Assembly: GCF_009914755.1 (NCBI RefSeq)
Contig: NC_060927.1
Strand: one strand, 5' to 3'
Origin: the human T2T-CHM13v2.0 reference genome, Homo sapiens
DNA length: 64,000 bases
A program made the position numbers and the translations under genes. Below are positions 15,646-29,224 of the stretch, in pieces. Each line of letters starts with the position of its first letter. Positions within the stretch are counted from its first letter, which is position 1. The notes beneath the pieces are model-generated. The model worked only from the letters and a program-made list of their open reading frames with translations, was not told where the DNA came from and ran no database searches.

Positions 15646-15746
15646 CTAAAGTGATTACTAACAAAGGAATAGAATTCAAAGGGAGAGATTTGTTTTTTCA
15701 ACTCTGTTCTTTCAGACTTCCTCAAGATATGAGTGAAGAGAAATAC

Positions 15747-16122
15747 AGTCATACCTCACTTAATGATGGGGATACGTTCTGAGAAATCCGTTAGGTGATT
15801 TCATCATAGTATGAACATCATAGAGTGTACTTGCATAAACCTACATGGTATAGCCTACTCCACACCTAGGCTATATGTTAAGGCCTATTGCTCCTAGACT
15901 ACGAACCTGTAGCTGAATTACTGTACTGAATACTGTACTAAATATTACCGTACTGAACACTCTAGGATAGAGTAACACAATAGTAAGTATTGTGTATCGG
16001 AACATATCCAAAAGTAGTAAAGTAGTAAAGGTACAGTAAAAATATAATATTATAATCTTATGGGACCACTGTTGTATATGCAGCCCACCATTGACGGAAA
16101 CTTTGTGAGGTGGCACATAACT
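15747..16122 (-). mobile_element. Tigger3a/MER7-type DNA transposon
   Basis: cagtcat... terminal repeat and ttataatcttatgggaccac hallmark. Confidence 0.8.
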
Positions 16123-16466
16123 ACATTAAAAATTTGCCTGTCTTTTATTATTTTCTGTAACATTTGTGATTATACACACACGTAACTGTAGATACATATA
16201 TGTACTCATATGTACATGTATGTATGTATTTTATTCCATATACAAACATGTTTACTTTGCAATCCTCTAGTTCTATAATGACCATCTGTGGCTTTCACTA
16301 TCAGAAAAATAATTCAAAAATGATTTGCTTTTGGGGTTCAAAAAGAAACTCCATGACTTACATTGAGAGAGAGGGGTGGGGTGGGGAAAGGAGAGAAAAA
16401 GGGGGAGGAAGAAGAAACAAAAGTGGGGGGAGGAGGCAGCAGTAGAAAACGAGAGAGCAAACCTAC

Positions 16467-16602
16467 CCGAATGATAAATCTGATTGCTGCACATCCAGAA
16501 GTTGCCATGACTTTTGCACTATTGGGGACGAGATTAAAAAGTGTAGGTACAATGGCTTCAGCGCCATGATCAAACTTGTTTCCCAAAACTGTTGAAAGGT
16601 GG
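16467..16602 (-). CDS. CLASP2: CLASP2 TOG2 exon HLSTVLGNKFDHGAEAIVPTLFNLVPNSAKVMATSGCAAIRFIIR, 136 nt
   Basis: Acceptor cttcctttgtag|C, donor CGG|gtaggt. Confidence 0.96.
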
Positions 16603-17859
16603 CTACAAAGGAAGACAAAAAGTATTTTTTAATAGTTTAACATTAAATATAGATAGAACCATATAATTTTAAAATACTCTTTTACTGAATTAACTTAGGA
16701 ATTTGTATTTTAATCAGTTGTAATGGCAGAAAAACAGAAGAAAGAAAGGGAAACCTAGATACTACATATTTCCTTCTTTTCCCCATCTTTAACTGGCTAG
16801 TCCAAAGTTGAAATCTGGCATTTTCCTCATCTCTTTGCAATTAGCACTTGGAGAAGCCATTTGATTTCAGAATTTAATTATTAACTGAGGACACATCAGG
16901 TGAAATAATCAGCTCTGATGGTTCTGACCTTTGGTCTTGATCCATGAGTTATTTCCATTTTGATGATCCATTATCAATCTTAAATTCAGCATATTTTTAC
17001 AAACAAGTTCAAAATCTTACTCAAATCAATGCTCCTCAAGATATTCTTTATTTCTATTAATAGTATCACGCCTTTTTTAGTCATAAATACTCCCTCACTT
17101 TTTTGGAGTAGGATTTCCAAATCCGCAGTCAAAAATACAACTCTACCATATCTTATTGGGTGATCTTTAGGACATCTGACTTCTCTTTCCAATTGTGTAC
17201 TTAAACAACTAAACCAGACTTTCATTGTATGATTTTAGTTAAACTAGGAGGGATATTGTAACTACTCAAAGTGCTGACAATGCTTGCAATACTGGTTAAT
17301 TTTTATATATTTGTATCTTACTGAAAACATGGTTGAGATAGAGTTAGCTCCAATAATTCAGGTTCTTGATTCAAAGAGCTCAGATTCCGACCTATGCACT
17401 GTTATAATATTAGTTTTCCAATGTCTGAACTCACAGGCAAAAAGGAACCTCAAATGAAAAGCAGGGAGGTGTGGATATGTTTGGATGTTGTCTTCCTTTA
17501 AAGAGCATGAGTTTTACTTTGGTAGGCAGGTAATGTACTTGAGAATCAGCTTGATCTTTGTAAGCTTGTTGGGAGAGGCAGAGTCAAGAGTTGCCTTACT
17601 TTAGAGCTGGTTTAGTACTATTCCTATGCAATGGCCTTTCTGGGGTTTCTACTGACTGCCTTTGGTGTTCACCAAGATTTTTCCATTCTGGTTGGTCAGA
17701 TCTTAAACCTCTCCTACCCCTATATGAGCTCTGGGAATTGTTTATCTTACAGCTCCCAGGCATTCGTTTCCTTCCTTCCTCAGAGAGTTGTACCTTTTAC
17801 ATGGGCAGGTTAGTATACATCTAGACTCATGGATTCCCATATTATGATCTCTGTAGCTC

Positions 17860-17861
<2 letters not shown>

Positions 17862-17895
<34 letters not shown>
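17862..17895. repeat. (TG)n microsatellite
   Basis: Direct reading. Confidence 0.97.
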
Positions 17896-17898
<3 letters not shown>

Positions 17899-18988
17899 CT
17901 CCCCTCTTCTCTCCAGTATTCTGCACTGCCAATTGTGACCACTTCAGCCTCTGAAACTCTAGTCTCTGTTTCCTCATCTCAGTGAGACTGCCTTGCTCTG
18001 CTTAGGTTCCCCCTTCCTTCCCCATAGTGCCTCCAGGACAAAATTCATACTGTTCAACATCACTTGCATCTTTTAAGAAATCCACTCCTACCCTGTCTGC
18101 TGTCTATTACGTGGAAACAGATGTTTTACATATATTGTCCAATTTTCTGCAAGAGAGCTAGTCATGTTTTAAGTGTATTTTTCATGGTTACGTTTTATGG
18201 GTTTTTGTATTAATTTGGGTTTTCTTTGCTAGTTGGAGATATTGGGTCATTTTGGTATACTGGGACTTGTATCTTGCAACTTTGCCAAAGTCCCTTTATT
18301 ATAATAATTTATCTGTAGATTCTCTTGCAGTTTTCTGCATGGATAGTTATATCATCTGTTAATAATGGCAGTTTTGTTCCTTTTCTTGCAATCCTTATAT
18401 TGCCTTTTTTTTCTTCGTTTCTGACTAGAATATCTAATACAATCCTGATTAGAAATATTGCTAGTAGGCACTTTTTGTTCCCTATCTTCAAAGGAATGCA
18501 TATGCAACAACACTGCTTAGGTCAGAAATAGTAATAAATAGAAGTTCTATCATCCTTGTATTGTGGAAGACTACAAACTTAAAGTTTAGGTTTTGCTAAG
18601 TTAATGATGCATGTTGTAATGCCAGAATAATTGCTAAAATATCAGAAATTGAGTGTTTAATACCCAAATTAGTAGTGAGAAAAGTGAATACAGCCAGTTT
18701 CCAGACCCATTCATTTTCATCTTATACTTGAAGAATTAATGATAAAAAATCCACCAGTAGGCTTTAGATATTTTAAATATCTGTATACCAACCTTAAAAT
18801 GTTGGTATAAAGAGCTGTTAAGGAATTTTTTAAAAATCATACAGATTGAATCCTTATGTATAATAAAAATGATTTTTGGATCATATACTTTTTTAGCTAT
18901 CTTGCTACTGCTTGACTTAATGAGCAATGAATCAGTGAATACTAAATTCATTCATAAAAAACACTTATCATAAAAGGAATATACTTAC

Positions 18989-19134
18989 GCTACAGTAATA
19001 CAAGCTTCTCTAACCACCTGGGATCTAAGATCCTTAGCTGAAAGTTTAAGTGCTCCATCCAACAATCGTAAATGTTGAAAAAAGCAATCATACTGTGCAG
19101 CTCCAGCAACAAGCAGTGATCGAATTTTCTTCAG
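18989..19134 (-). CDS. CLASP2: CLASP2 TOG2 exon LKKIRSLLVAGAAQYD...DLRSQVVREACITV(A), 146 nt
   Basis: Acceptor tttatttcag|CTG, donor GC|gtaagt; carries the HEAT-repeat DLRSQVVREAC motif. Confidence 0.96.
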
Positions 19135-19663
19135 CTGAAATAAAGAATTTTCATTATTGACAAAAAAGGTGGAAGTGCAAAAAAAAGAAGCTACCTAAAC
19201 TTCATTATTCAAACAAAAACTTTCTAATAAATGAAACATATATAATGTTTCATTACATTACTATATTCAGACATCTTAGTAGCATTAAATGTATCTTGTA
19301 AATAAATATGCCAACAAAAAGCTGTCTGAAAAATAACATTACAGACTTAGTTATAAGCACGACGGAGAAATGTAAACTATAAGTATATAAATTCTAAAGT
19401 TTTAAGGGAATCTATTTTATTTATTTATTCATTTGTCTTTTAGCTTAATCCCCAGTGTGATAATAGGGAGTTTTTCTTTTAATTGTGGTAAAATACAAAT
19501 GAACAAAATTTACTATTTTAACCATTTTAAAGTATACAATTCAGTGGCATTTAGTGCATTCACAATGTTGTGTGACCATTACCATCACTATCTACTAAGG
19601 GAGCCTATTTTTAAAAGTGCCAAATTTGGAAACTTCTAGCATTACTTATTTTTGCTGTAGAAC

Positions 19664-19948
19664 ATTTTTTTTTTTTTTTGAGACAGTGTCTTGCTCTGTT
19701 GCCCAGGCTGGAATGCAGTGGTGCCACTGCAGCTCCACTGCAACTTGCACCTCCCAGGTTTGAGTGGTTTTCGTGCCTCAGCCTTCCCAGTAGCTGGGAT
19801 TACAGATACATGCCACCGTGCCTGGATAATTTTTGTATTTTTAGTAGAGATGGGGTTTCACTGTGTTGGCCAGGCTGATCTCAAACTCCTGGCTTCAACG
19901 GATCCACCCACCTTGGCCTCCCAGCAGGAGTGAGCCACTACATCTGGC
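19664..19948 (-). mobile_element. Alu
   Basis: Poly-T plus dimer with a small deletion near the 5' end. Confidence 0.94.
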
Positions 19949-19974
19949 CTGCTGTTGAATTTTTAATTTCTTAC

Positions 19975-20727
19975 ATTTTTAATTATTATGAATACATAAT
20001 AGTTGTACATTTTTATGAAGTACATGTGATATTTTGATAAAAGCACACAATGTGTAACAATCAAATCAGGGTAACTGGGGTATCCATCACCTCAAACATC
20101 AATCAGTTCTTTCCGTTAGGAACATTCCAATTCCACTCTTTTAGTTATTTTGAAATATACAATAAATTATTGTTAACTACAGTCACCCTACTGTGCTGCC
20201 TAACACTGGATCTTATTCTTGCTCTAACTGTATTTTTGTACCCTTCAACCATCTCCTCTTTATTCTCCCTACCCAACCCCCAACTACCTTTCTCAGTCCA
20301 TGGTAACCATTATTCTACTCTCTATCTCAAGTTCAATTTTTTTTTTTTTAGGTCCCACATATTAGTGAGAACATGCAATCTTTTTCTTCCTGTGACTGGC
20401 TTATTTCACTAAACATAATGTCCTCCAGTTCCATCCATGTTGTTGCAAGCCACAGGATTTCATCCTTTTTATGGTGGAATAATATTCCAATGTGTATATG
20501 TACCACATTTTCTTTATCCATTTATTCACTGATGGACATTTAGGTATATTCCATCTCCTGGATTTTTGTGAATAGTGCTGCAATAAACAAGAAAGTGCAG
20601 ATATCTTTCCAATATATTGATTTCTTTTCTTTTGGATATATACCCAGCAGTGGGATTGCTGGATCATATTGTGGTTTTATTTTTATTTTTATTATTTTTT
20701 AAGAAACTTCCATACTGTTCTCCCTGC
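19975..20727 (-). mobile_element. L1MA 3' end
   Basis: ggatatatacccagcagtgggattgctggatcatat and tcctccagttccatccatgttgttgc; the ORF-track entry 20401-20667 is L1 ORF2 C-terminal-like. Confidence 0.9.
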
Positions 20728-20747
20728 ATGTGGTTTATACAATACAA

Positions 20748-20895
20748 TACAAACCCACAGCCAATATCCTACTGAACAGGGAAAAACAGAAAGCCTTTCC
20801 TCTAAGGTCTGGAATAAGACAAGGATGCCTGCTTTCAACACTTTTATTCAACAGAGTACTAGAAGGCCTAGCCAGAGCAACTAGACAAGAAAAAT
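20748..20895 (+). mobile_element. L1 ORF2 reverse-transcriptase fragment
   Basis: Translates to [48 protein letters not shown]. Confidence 0.9.
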
Positions 20896-21352
20896 CATTA
20901 CTTTTTCAATATTTGATTGCCAAATGTTATCCACATGAAAACCAGACATACATAATAAAACTACATTGATAAAAAGAGATACACACACGTGTACATCTGT
21001 GTTCATACACACTCAGAAGCTAAAAGTCTACTTATCACACCATTATTGTATATAATTTCACATTTAACTCGAGGTTTTCTAAATTTTAAAATATGTCTTT
21101 AAAGTTAAATCAGATGCATAAAGATGTAAATGTAAAAAAACCCTGCTATGGACATTAGAAAAAAAATCAAAAGAATATTATATAATCTTGGGCATATAAG
21201 GAAGGGAAAACTATCACAAACAGAGGAGAATTTTCAAGTGTCTAAATTATAACTAAAAACAAAATAAAAATCACAATATGGTAGGATAAAATTACCTGCA
21301 ACGTATAAGATGATACACAAAGAACGACAATAAAATAAGAAAAAGACAAATA

Positions 21353-21664
21353 TAGTAGTTTCCCCTTACCTGCAAGAGATATGTACCAAGACCCCCAGTG
21401 GATGCCTGAAACCTCAGATAGTACTGAACCCTATATATGCTTTTTTTTCTATACATATTTACCTATGATAAAGTTTAATTTATAAATTAGGCACAGTAAG
21501 AGATTGACAGTAGTAATATACAAAAATTATAACAATATATTGTAATAAACGTTATGTGAATGTGGGTCTCTCTCTATCAAAGTACGTTCTTATTTCCTGG
21601 CCATGGTTGACCATGAGTAACTGAAGCCATGGAAACTGAAACCATAGATAAGGGGAGACTATTG
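21353..21664 (-). mobile_element. MER44A-type Tigger DNA transposon
   Basis: Terminal inverted repeats agtagtttccccttacc / gataaggggagactattg. Confidence 0.8.
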
Positions 21665-22045
21665 TAACCTGTGATTAAATTGGGTAAAATAAATACATTT
21701 AAATATGTTAAAAGTTACTAGTGATAAATTCACAAAGACACATTTCTCCCCATCACAATGGCAAAAATTTTTTAAAATTGAAAAGAAAACAGATGCTCTC
21801 AAACACTGTAAGATTATACATGACTAATACCTTTGTTCAAAATATTTTGGCAGCATCTACTAAAATAAAATTGCAGCAACTCTTTACCCAACAACCCACA
21901 TTTTAAAATCTAACCTACAAAAATAAAAGCACCATTGTTACAAAAGTGTGTAAGGATGTTTATTGAAACACTGTTAAAATAGCAAAACAATAAAAAATAA
22001 CTGAAAATCCATCAAATGGTAAATGATTATAAAAATTACATGTCA

Positions 22046-22200
22046 TGGGGTGGGGGAGGGGGGAGGGATAGCATTAGGAGATATAACTAATGTAAATGAC
22101 AAGTAATGGGTGCAGCACACCAACAGGCACATGTATACATATGTAACAAACCTGCATGTTGTGCACATGTACCCTAGAACTTAAAGTATAAAAACAAACA
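22046..22200 (+). mobile_element. 5'-truncated L1PA 3' end
   Basis: G-tract plus gggatagcattaggagatata...gtaccctagaacttaaagtata. Confidence 0.93.
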
Positions 22201-22524
22201 AAGATCAGATTCCTATAACACACACACACACACACAATACATGTATATATATTACACTAAGGAATATATGTACATATTAACCTGCACTCAATAAATATCT
22301 GAGCAACTATTTATTATGTGCCTGACATCTATACCAGGTGTACTGAATGAGCACCATTTGTTAAGCCAAAAAAAAAAAAGCAAGTTACTAAGTAATGTAT
22401 CAAGTATGATCTCTCTCTTTTTTTTTTTTTGGTTTACAAAAAGAGTAGGGGAAAATTGTGCATATCTTGTCATATATGTTTAAATACATATAACACAGAA
22501 AAGGATATACTCTAAAATGAAGTT

Positions 22525-22648
22525 TGTTTTTTTATTTTTTTTAGAGATAGCGTTTCACTCTGTTGCCCAGGCTGGAGCACAGTGGTACAATCATAGCTCA
22601 CTGTAACTTCAGACTCCTGGACTCAAGCAATCCTCCCATCTTAGCCTC
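22525..22648 (-). mobile_element. FLAM/AluJ monomer fragment
   Basis: ttgcccaggctggagcacagtggtacaatcatagctcactg. Confidence 0.85.
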
Positions 22649-23841
22649 AACAAAAGTTTGTTTCTTTAATAGGCAGGAAACTATTAACTTTTTCTCTGTA
22701 GTTTTCTGCATTGTTTCACTTATTACAATAAGCCTGTGTCATTTTTCTAATAAAAAAAAAATCAAAAGACCATCTGTTGTTTCCAAATGGGTAGTTTTTA
22801 AGTAAAACCAAAAAAACCCTTAAGTAAAAAGTTCACATTTTATACTAATAACACTTAATCTGTCATGTTTCTCTACAGATCACCTGTGACAAAAAATCTT
22901 TCTGTATCAGACTCATCTCAGAATTGAAGAATAGGAGCCATATTTAACAAATTTGGAGGAATACTCTCTGTTAAAAACAGTATTTCAATGTTTTAAGATA
23001 TGTAGACTTCCTAACAAAGACAAAAATGGTCCTTTGTTCATAGTGTCATAAAAGCCATATTTGTCAAAAGGCCCTGCATTTGATTTAATTCATCAAAATA
23101 GGGATTTTCATGATCAGCCAGATTGGGACCTCTCAAAGCAGAACAGTCTTCAAATGCAGCCCTTTTCTCTGGCTTCTTGAAAACTCTGAGGTACTCATTT
23201 GGTAAATGTAATTTGGTTATGTAAACAATAAGTTCACAAATTTAAAAAATATATTGCTTATTGTCAACACAAATATTATTTTAAATTTTATCAAATATTT
23301 TCCTTAAGGGATTTAGACCAAATCAAATATTCTTAACTCAAGGGTATCTGACCTTTATAAATGAAATCACAGGAGAAATATTCATCACATTCACATGAGA
23401 AGAAAAAAACCCAGATAAATGCATATCCTGTTGTGAATTTACATTGATGCTATGAAAACACTGAACATGCAGGTAAAGTGAACTGCTTTATTGGTAAACC
23501 TTATATGACTTGAGGATAGTGCTAATAAGCAACTATATAAGTCCACAGAAAGGCTAAAGCCCTCTGAATCTCACATTTTACTAACCAGTCAAAAACAGCA
23601 CACGTGGTGAGGCTACCAAATGTGTAGGATAGGCACCACCTGATCAGCCAAACCAAAATAAAAATCGATCCTAAATCAGAAAATGAGTATTATATCAATA
23701 TATTCTCCAGAAAGAAATGTTACCTATCAGACTCTCTATTTTATAAGTGAATACCATATAGTACTACTACTGAATTTCCATGTTTTTTAAAAGGAACATC
23801 AATAAAGAAAGAAGATAAGAAAATTAAAGACAAAAACTTAC

Positions 23842-23934
23842 TGCATTGGCACGCTGATCCCAGTCATGTTTATCATCTGACAAAATTTCCCTGATTTTAT
23901 TTAATGTTTCTTCGAGTTCTCGACTAGAATAAAT
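23842..23934 (-). CDS. CLASP2: CLASP2 TOG2 exon IYSSRELEETLNKIREILSDDKHDWDQRANA, 93 nt
   Basis: Acceptor ttttttaag|ATT, donor GCA|gtaagt; phase 0 to 0. Confidence 0.96.
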
Positions 23935-24414
23935 CTTAAAAAAAAGATTCAGAATTATAACAATGTTTCTTGCCATGAACAATATCAAAATTATGCCCTG
24001 ATGTTTAAAATAATCTTTCACCTATTAAGTTTATTTCCCATTCTAGCACCATTTCTAATGGAGAATAGAAATACATTATAGACAATAATAACACAAAATG
24101 CTTTATTTTTCTTCCTTACTTGTTACCATTTTTGCTATTTCTTCCCTCATGAATAACTTCAAATATGCTCTCAAAATGCTTTGTAATTTTAAAAACAAGA
24201 TGTAAAATATCTAAGAATAAATAAAAGTCTAATTTCTCAAAATGACTTCAAGTGTATAACCTATCTTATTGCATTCATATACATATTACCCAATATTACA
24301 AAAAGGACATGTTATAAGTTAGTTTTAATTTTCTCTCCTCAGTCATGATAAACTGTAGTCAGGATAGCTACATTTTGTTTCCTCTGGAGCCAACCCTTTG
24401 TCAAACTGCTGTTC

Positions 24415-26350
24415 ACCATTATTCTTTCATTCATTTAACAAATATTCACATAACACAGAGGTACTATGCTAGGCAATGGAGAAACTATGGTTAGCCAAAA
24501 TAGATAGACGTGGTCTTTGCCTTATGGAGAGTACAATACACTCAGGGAGATTTTAAAAATCAATCAAATGACATCAAATATGAAACTACAAGTAGCAAGT
24601 CCCACAAAAGAAAATGAAAGTTTATACATAAGAGGGGGTTGACCTATGAGGAAAGTCAAGCTTGAGCTGAGAGCTAAAGAATGTGTAGGATATCATTAGG
24701 CAAAGTGGACAGATTTGCTTTCCCTGGAGAGTTAATAGCATGTGCAAAGGCTCTGTGACAAAGTAAATGAAAGAAAGCCAGAGTAAGGAATAAAAAGTAT
24801 AAAGGGACTAGGAGAAGAGCCAATGACCCAGGTGTGAGGATGGAACAGCTATAACCATATTGTTGACCATGGAAGGAGACAATGCAGAGGAATTAGAAAT
24901 GAGAAATAGACTCCTGGTGATACCAACTGAGTACCTTCATCAAACCGCCTTACATCTTTCACTTTCAACAGCTATTAAATTCACCTTTTGCTTAACAGAG
25001 AGTAAGAGCAAGAGCAAGAGAGAAAGAAAGAATGCGTGTAAATGCAAAGGAGAACAAGGCATGAGACAAGGCTGAAGAGGTAGATGGTGACCAGGTAACA
25101 CTGTTATGTGGTTAAAGAAACTTCTGAGCTAGCTCTTTCCTGCCTCTCACCTTCTCTTCACAATACCCCTCTGCCGTTTTCCAGAACCTTCTTCCACCCC
25201 TAATCTTATGATGCATTCCCCTGGAACACAATGCAAGGTTCCCCTTCCCCCAATAAGGAAGAAGAGAGTCAACTCAAAAACGTACTTCAGTGAGGGGGTA
25301 CATAATTCTTCAAACATTCTTTTAGCAGGCATACAAGCAAAAGAAGCTTGAAAACCCACTAAGTTAGGTGTCTGTTGCAGTAGAGTGATTCCTAGGTTTC
25401 TAACTTTTGTAATTGATTAAGTAATGGTTTACACACACAGAATACTGGAAGACCATTATTCCAATTTCAAACAGGATAAGTTTGAGGTGTCTTTGAGACA
25501 TCTGAAAGGGGGTGTCAGGTAAACAATCACAGTGGATAAATCATTTCGGAACTCAGGAGAGGTCTGGCTTGGAGGTTAAAATCTCGGCATTATCTAGATA
25601 AACGTGGGAACTGAAGCCAGGGGTTTGAAGGAGGTGACTCAGTAAGAAAATAGAGAATGAGAAGACAGGGCCCAGAACTAACCCTTAAGAAATTCCAATA
25701 TTCAACAGGCAAGTAGAGAAGGATGTGCCTATAAAGAGACAGAGATGAAGTGGACAAAGATGTAGGGGGAATAAAATGGAAGAACATCATATCACAAGCA
25801 CCTAAAATTAAACAACAAAACAGTGACTATAGTCAACAGTGCTAAATACTGGTAGAAGAACAAGAAAAAAAAAAATCCCAAACTGGTTGATTTTGGTGCC
25901 TCAACGATGATCAGTGATTTACTCAAGACCTGTTTCAATGTAAGAATAAGCTAGAAAGAAGTGGGATGAAGTGAGTAACAAGTTAAGTTACAGAAATACC
26001 AAGTACAGACAACTCTTTTGGAAAAGTTGACTGTGAGGGCCAAAATAAAAAATAGTATCTGGAAGATATGGAGTCCAGTGAGACTTTTGTTTTTTAAACT
26101 GAAGAACCCAGCCACGTTAAGAGATAAACAGAAAGAGCTTGAACCTACATGAGATTACTGATTGTGTAAATGTGTTAAGGAAGCAGAAAATACTAGGCTT
26201 TGAAGCACTGGTGGAGGTGCTGGCCCTTGAAGAAGGACCATGTTTCTGGAGCAACAGGACAGAAGGAATGCACAGCAGAGAAGAATGTAACAGAAAGATC
26301 ATGTTTCCATTTGATGGTGACTACTTATTTACTAAAGTAAGGGGCTAGGT
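24415..26350 (-). mobile_element. Degraded L2 fragments
   Basis: cattcatttaacaaatatt L2 3' end; purine-rich L2 body. Confidence 0.55.
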
Positions 26351-27035
26351 CATATACTGAGAGAAGAGAGGAGGACAGAGACAGGCTGGCTGATGGATAG
26401 AAAGGAAAGAAACATGTCTGATAGCTATATTAAGCAGAGAAATAACTGATCACAGAAACATAGTAAGCATATCAGATTGTTGAGGGTTCATTTTATGTGA
26501 ATTCCAGTAAAAATCATGAGCCCTAACATGTGACTTTCTCTAGCAGCACGGTTTCAGGACACAGAGAAAATAAAAAGTTGGGAATATCCACAGTTGTAGT
26601 TTTGCAAAATGAGTATTAAAAAAAAATCATTGCTTAATACTTTGCTATGAAAAAAAAAAACGAGAGAACCAAGGGATTTTAGTATAATATGTACAGTCCT
26701 ACTGCAAGAAACCATGGTTATCAAAGCTTAGATAAGAAGGAAATCAAGCATAGATGAGAAGGAAAGTATAAAGTGACAGATGATTAATTCAGAGTGAGTA
26801 GAAAAAACAATGGACTGACGATCCTTGAAATCGTGCAGAAGTAGTTGTTAGAGTACTTAAAAAAGCAAGGAGATCCTAGTCAGTAATGAGATACTTCAAT
26901 TAATGACTTTGGAAACGTAACGGTAACACACAGATGATATCAAAATCCAATGTGTGACTATGAACTGGGTAGCTACAGTGAAAGTGAGGAGGAGGTCTAG
27001 AAACTGAATTCATCAAGAATGTGTGAAAATTTAGG

Positions 27036-27222
27036 AAAATAATAATAGCTAACATATACTTCTTACACTTCATCTGTACTGTCATAGCCTCACAATAACC
27101 CTCGGCATATGTACGAATAATTCCTATTTTAAGATGAGGAAACTGAAGTACAGAGGGTTAAGTAATGTACCTAAGGTTACACAGCTAGTGTGGCAGAGCT
27201 GGGATTCAAACCTAGGCAGCAC
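27036..27222 (-). mobile_element. MIR
   Basis: Core gatgaggaaactgaagtacagagggttaagtaat...gagctgggattcaaacctaggcag. Confidence 0.85.
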
Positions 27223-28263
27223 TGGAATGTTGTCAAGATCAGTACATGCCAATAATAAGAAGGCTGGTCAGGGAGCATGAACCTCATATAAATGGGTATA
27301 GGAATAATGGTCACAAAGTAATAATGAGGAGTGCAAGCACAATAAACTTATTATCAATTACTATGAGTATGAGAGCCGAGAATAATAAACAGCTTTATCT
27401 TTAAAGAGCGTAAAAAAAAAAATCAGATTCTAATCAAGGCAAGAACATTGAACGGACTCTTTAAAAATGGGGTTAAAGACTTAGGGGAGTTGCTGCTTAT
27501 GAAAAAGATGTTTCCAAGGGAACAATGGAAGGTGTGGAACACCTTTACAGGGTGGTGAGGGTGGCAGAGAGGGCCAGCTGGAAGAAAGCAATGAGTAATT
27601 ATAAAATAGCTTTTTCCCCTCCGTATAGTTGAATAGCCCTTGGCTGCCCATACCATGATGTTACCAGTCTGACAAGAACATATCAAACAATAAAAATATT
27701 CAAGTTCAACTAAGTTTTACTGATTGTTCCTACAACACTAATCTTTCCCTTATATGAAAGCCTGTAAAACACAAAAGGAGGAAGGGATATGTTTTCCCTA
27801 TTATTTAAAAAGTATCTTAAAATAAGAAAAAACATATATCTCAATAAAGGGATAAAATACAGTCAAATCAGAAAACTTTTTAAGGCTTTCTTGTAACTTT
27901 TTAAGATCTTAAATACCTTAAGGACAATTTTCCTTTCAGAGAGCTAAAAAGGTAATACAGGCAATAGAAGGTAGTTTGCAAGTAAAGCAATGTGAGAATA
28001 TTTTCAAATAGACATGCTAAAGAGTATTCATACTCATCATACCGGTAAAAATATTTTGAGTGACAACAACAAGTATTGGCAAGGATATGATGAAATTAGA
28101 ACTATCATACCTTTCTCACAGGAGTTTTAACTGGTAAAACAACCCTACAGGGTAACATCTAAGTAAACTTAAAGATTATAACTATGAAATTCTACTCCTA
28201 TGTTTATATCCTAAAGAAACTCCTACCTACAAATAATCAAGGACATATGTACAAAAATATTCA

Positions 28264-28566
<303 letters not shown>

Positions 28567-29144
28567 ATTCATTGCAGCATGATATGGAATAGCCAAAAAT
28601 TAGAAGCAAACTATACATGCACTGTGGTCTGTACATACAATAGAATACCATCCATCAATCCAAATGAATGAACTAGAATCACAAATTTTACATCACGAAA
28701 AAATATAAAAAAAAACACTGAGTAAAAAGTCAGGTTGTAGAATGTTATGTACAATATAACATTTATGTGTATTTTTAAGTCATGGAAATAATACTCTTAT
28801 TTATGCATGTGTCCACTTTACTTCAATTATATCTATATGAATGACTTCCAAACTTCTATCATCAACTAATCTAATTCTCTGAGCTCAAAACTCATTAATT
28901 TAAGAATCTGAACACTGCAGTGTAATGTGATTCAACAATATGATTCAATTTTATTTCAGCCTCACTGAAAAATCACTTGAAAATCTAATTGTACCAACAA
29001 ATAATGGCTTGGTATTAATAAGTCAAATATTTCATTTATATAGCTATATAAGGAAAAAAGAATTCTTAAAAAGGGACAGAGACAAATAATTATATGAACA
29101 GGCACACAGGCAATATTCACGGGGAGTGCCACTGGTAGCCTTAC

Positions 29145-29224
29145 CTGAATAGAAGGGACATCTGTAAAAGCTTTTATAAAATCATCTTCATCAACTGCTC
29201 CAGCACCTCCTTCCTTAGAAGCAC
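29145..29224 (-). CDS. CLASP2: CLASP2 exon (G)ASKEGGAGAVDEDDFIKAFTDVPSIQ, 80 nt (83 nt with the upstream AG)
   Basis: Acceptor ttttaattagcag|GT, donor CAG|gtaagg. Confidence 0.96.

Noticed and set aside
20730-20969. ORF with reverse-transcriptase similarity
   Set aside because: About 48-codon dead L1 ORF2 fragment, not an intact RT or novel retroelement system
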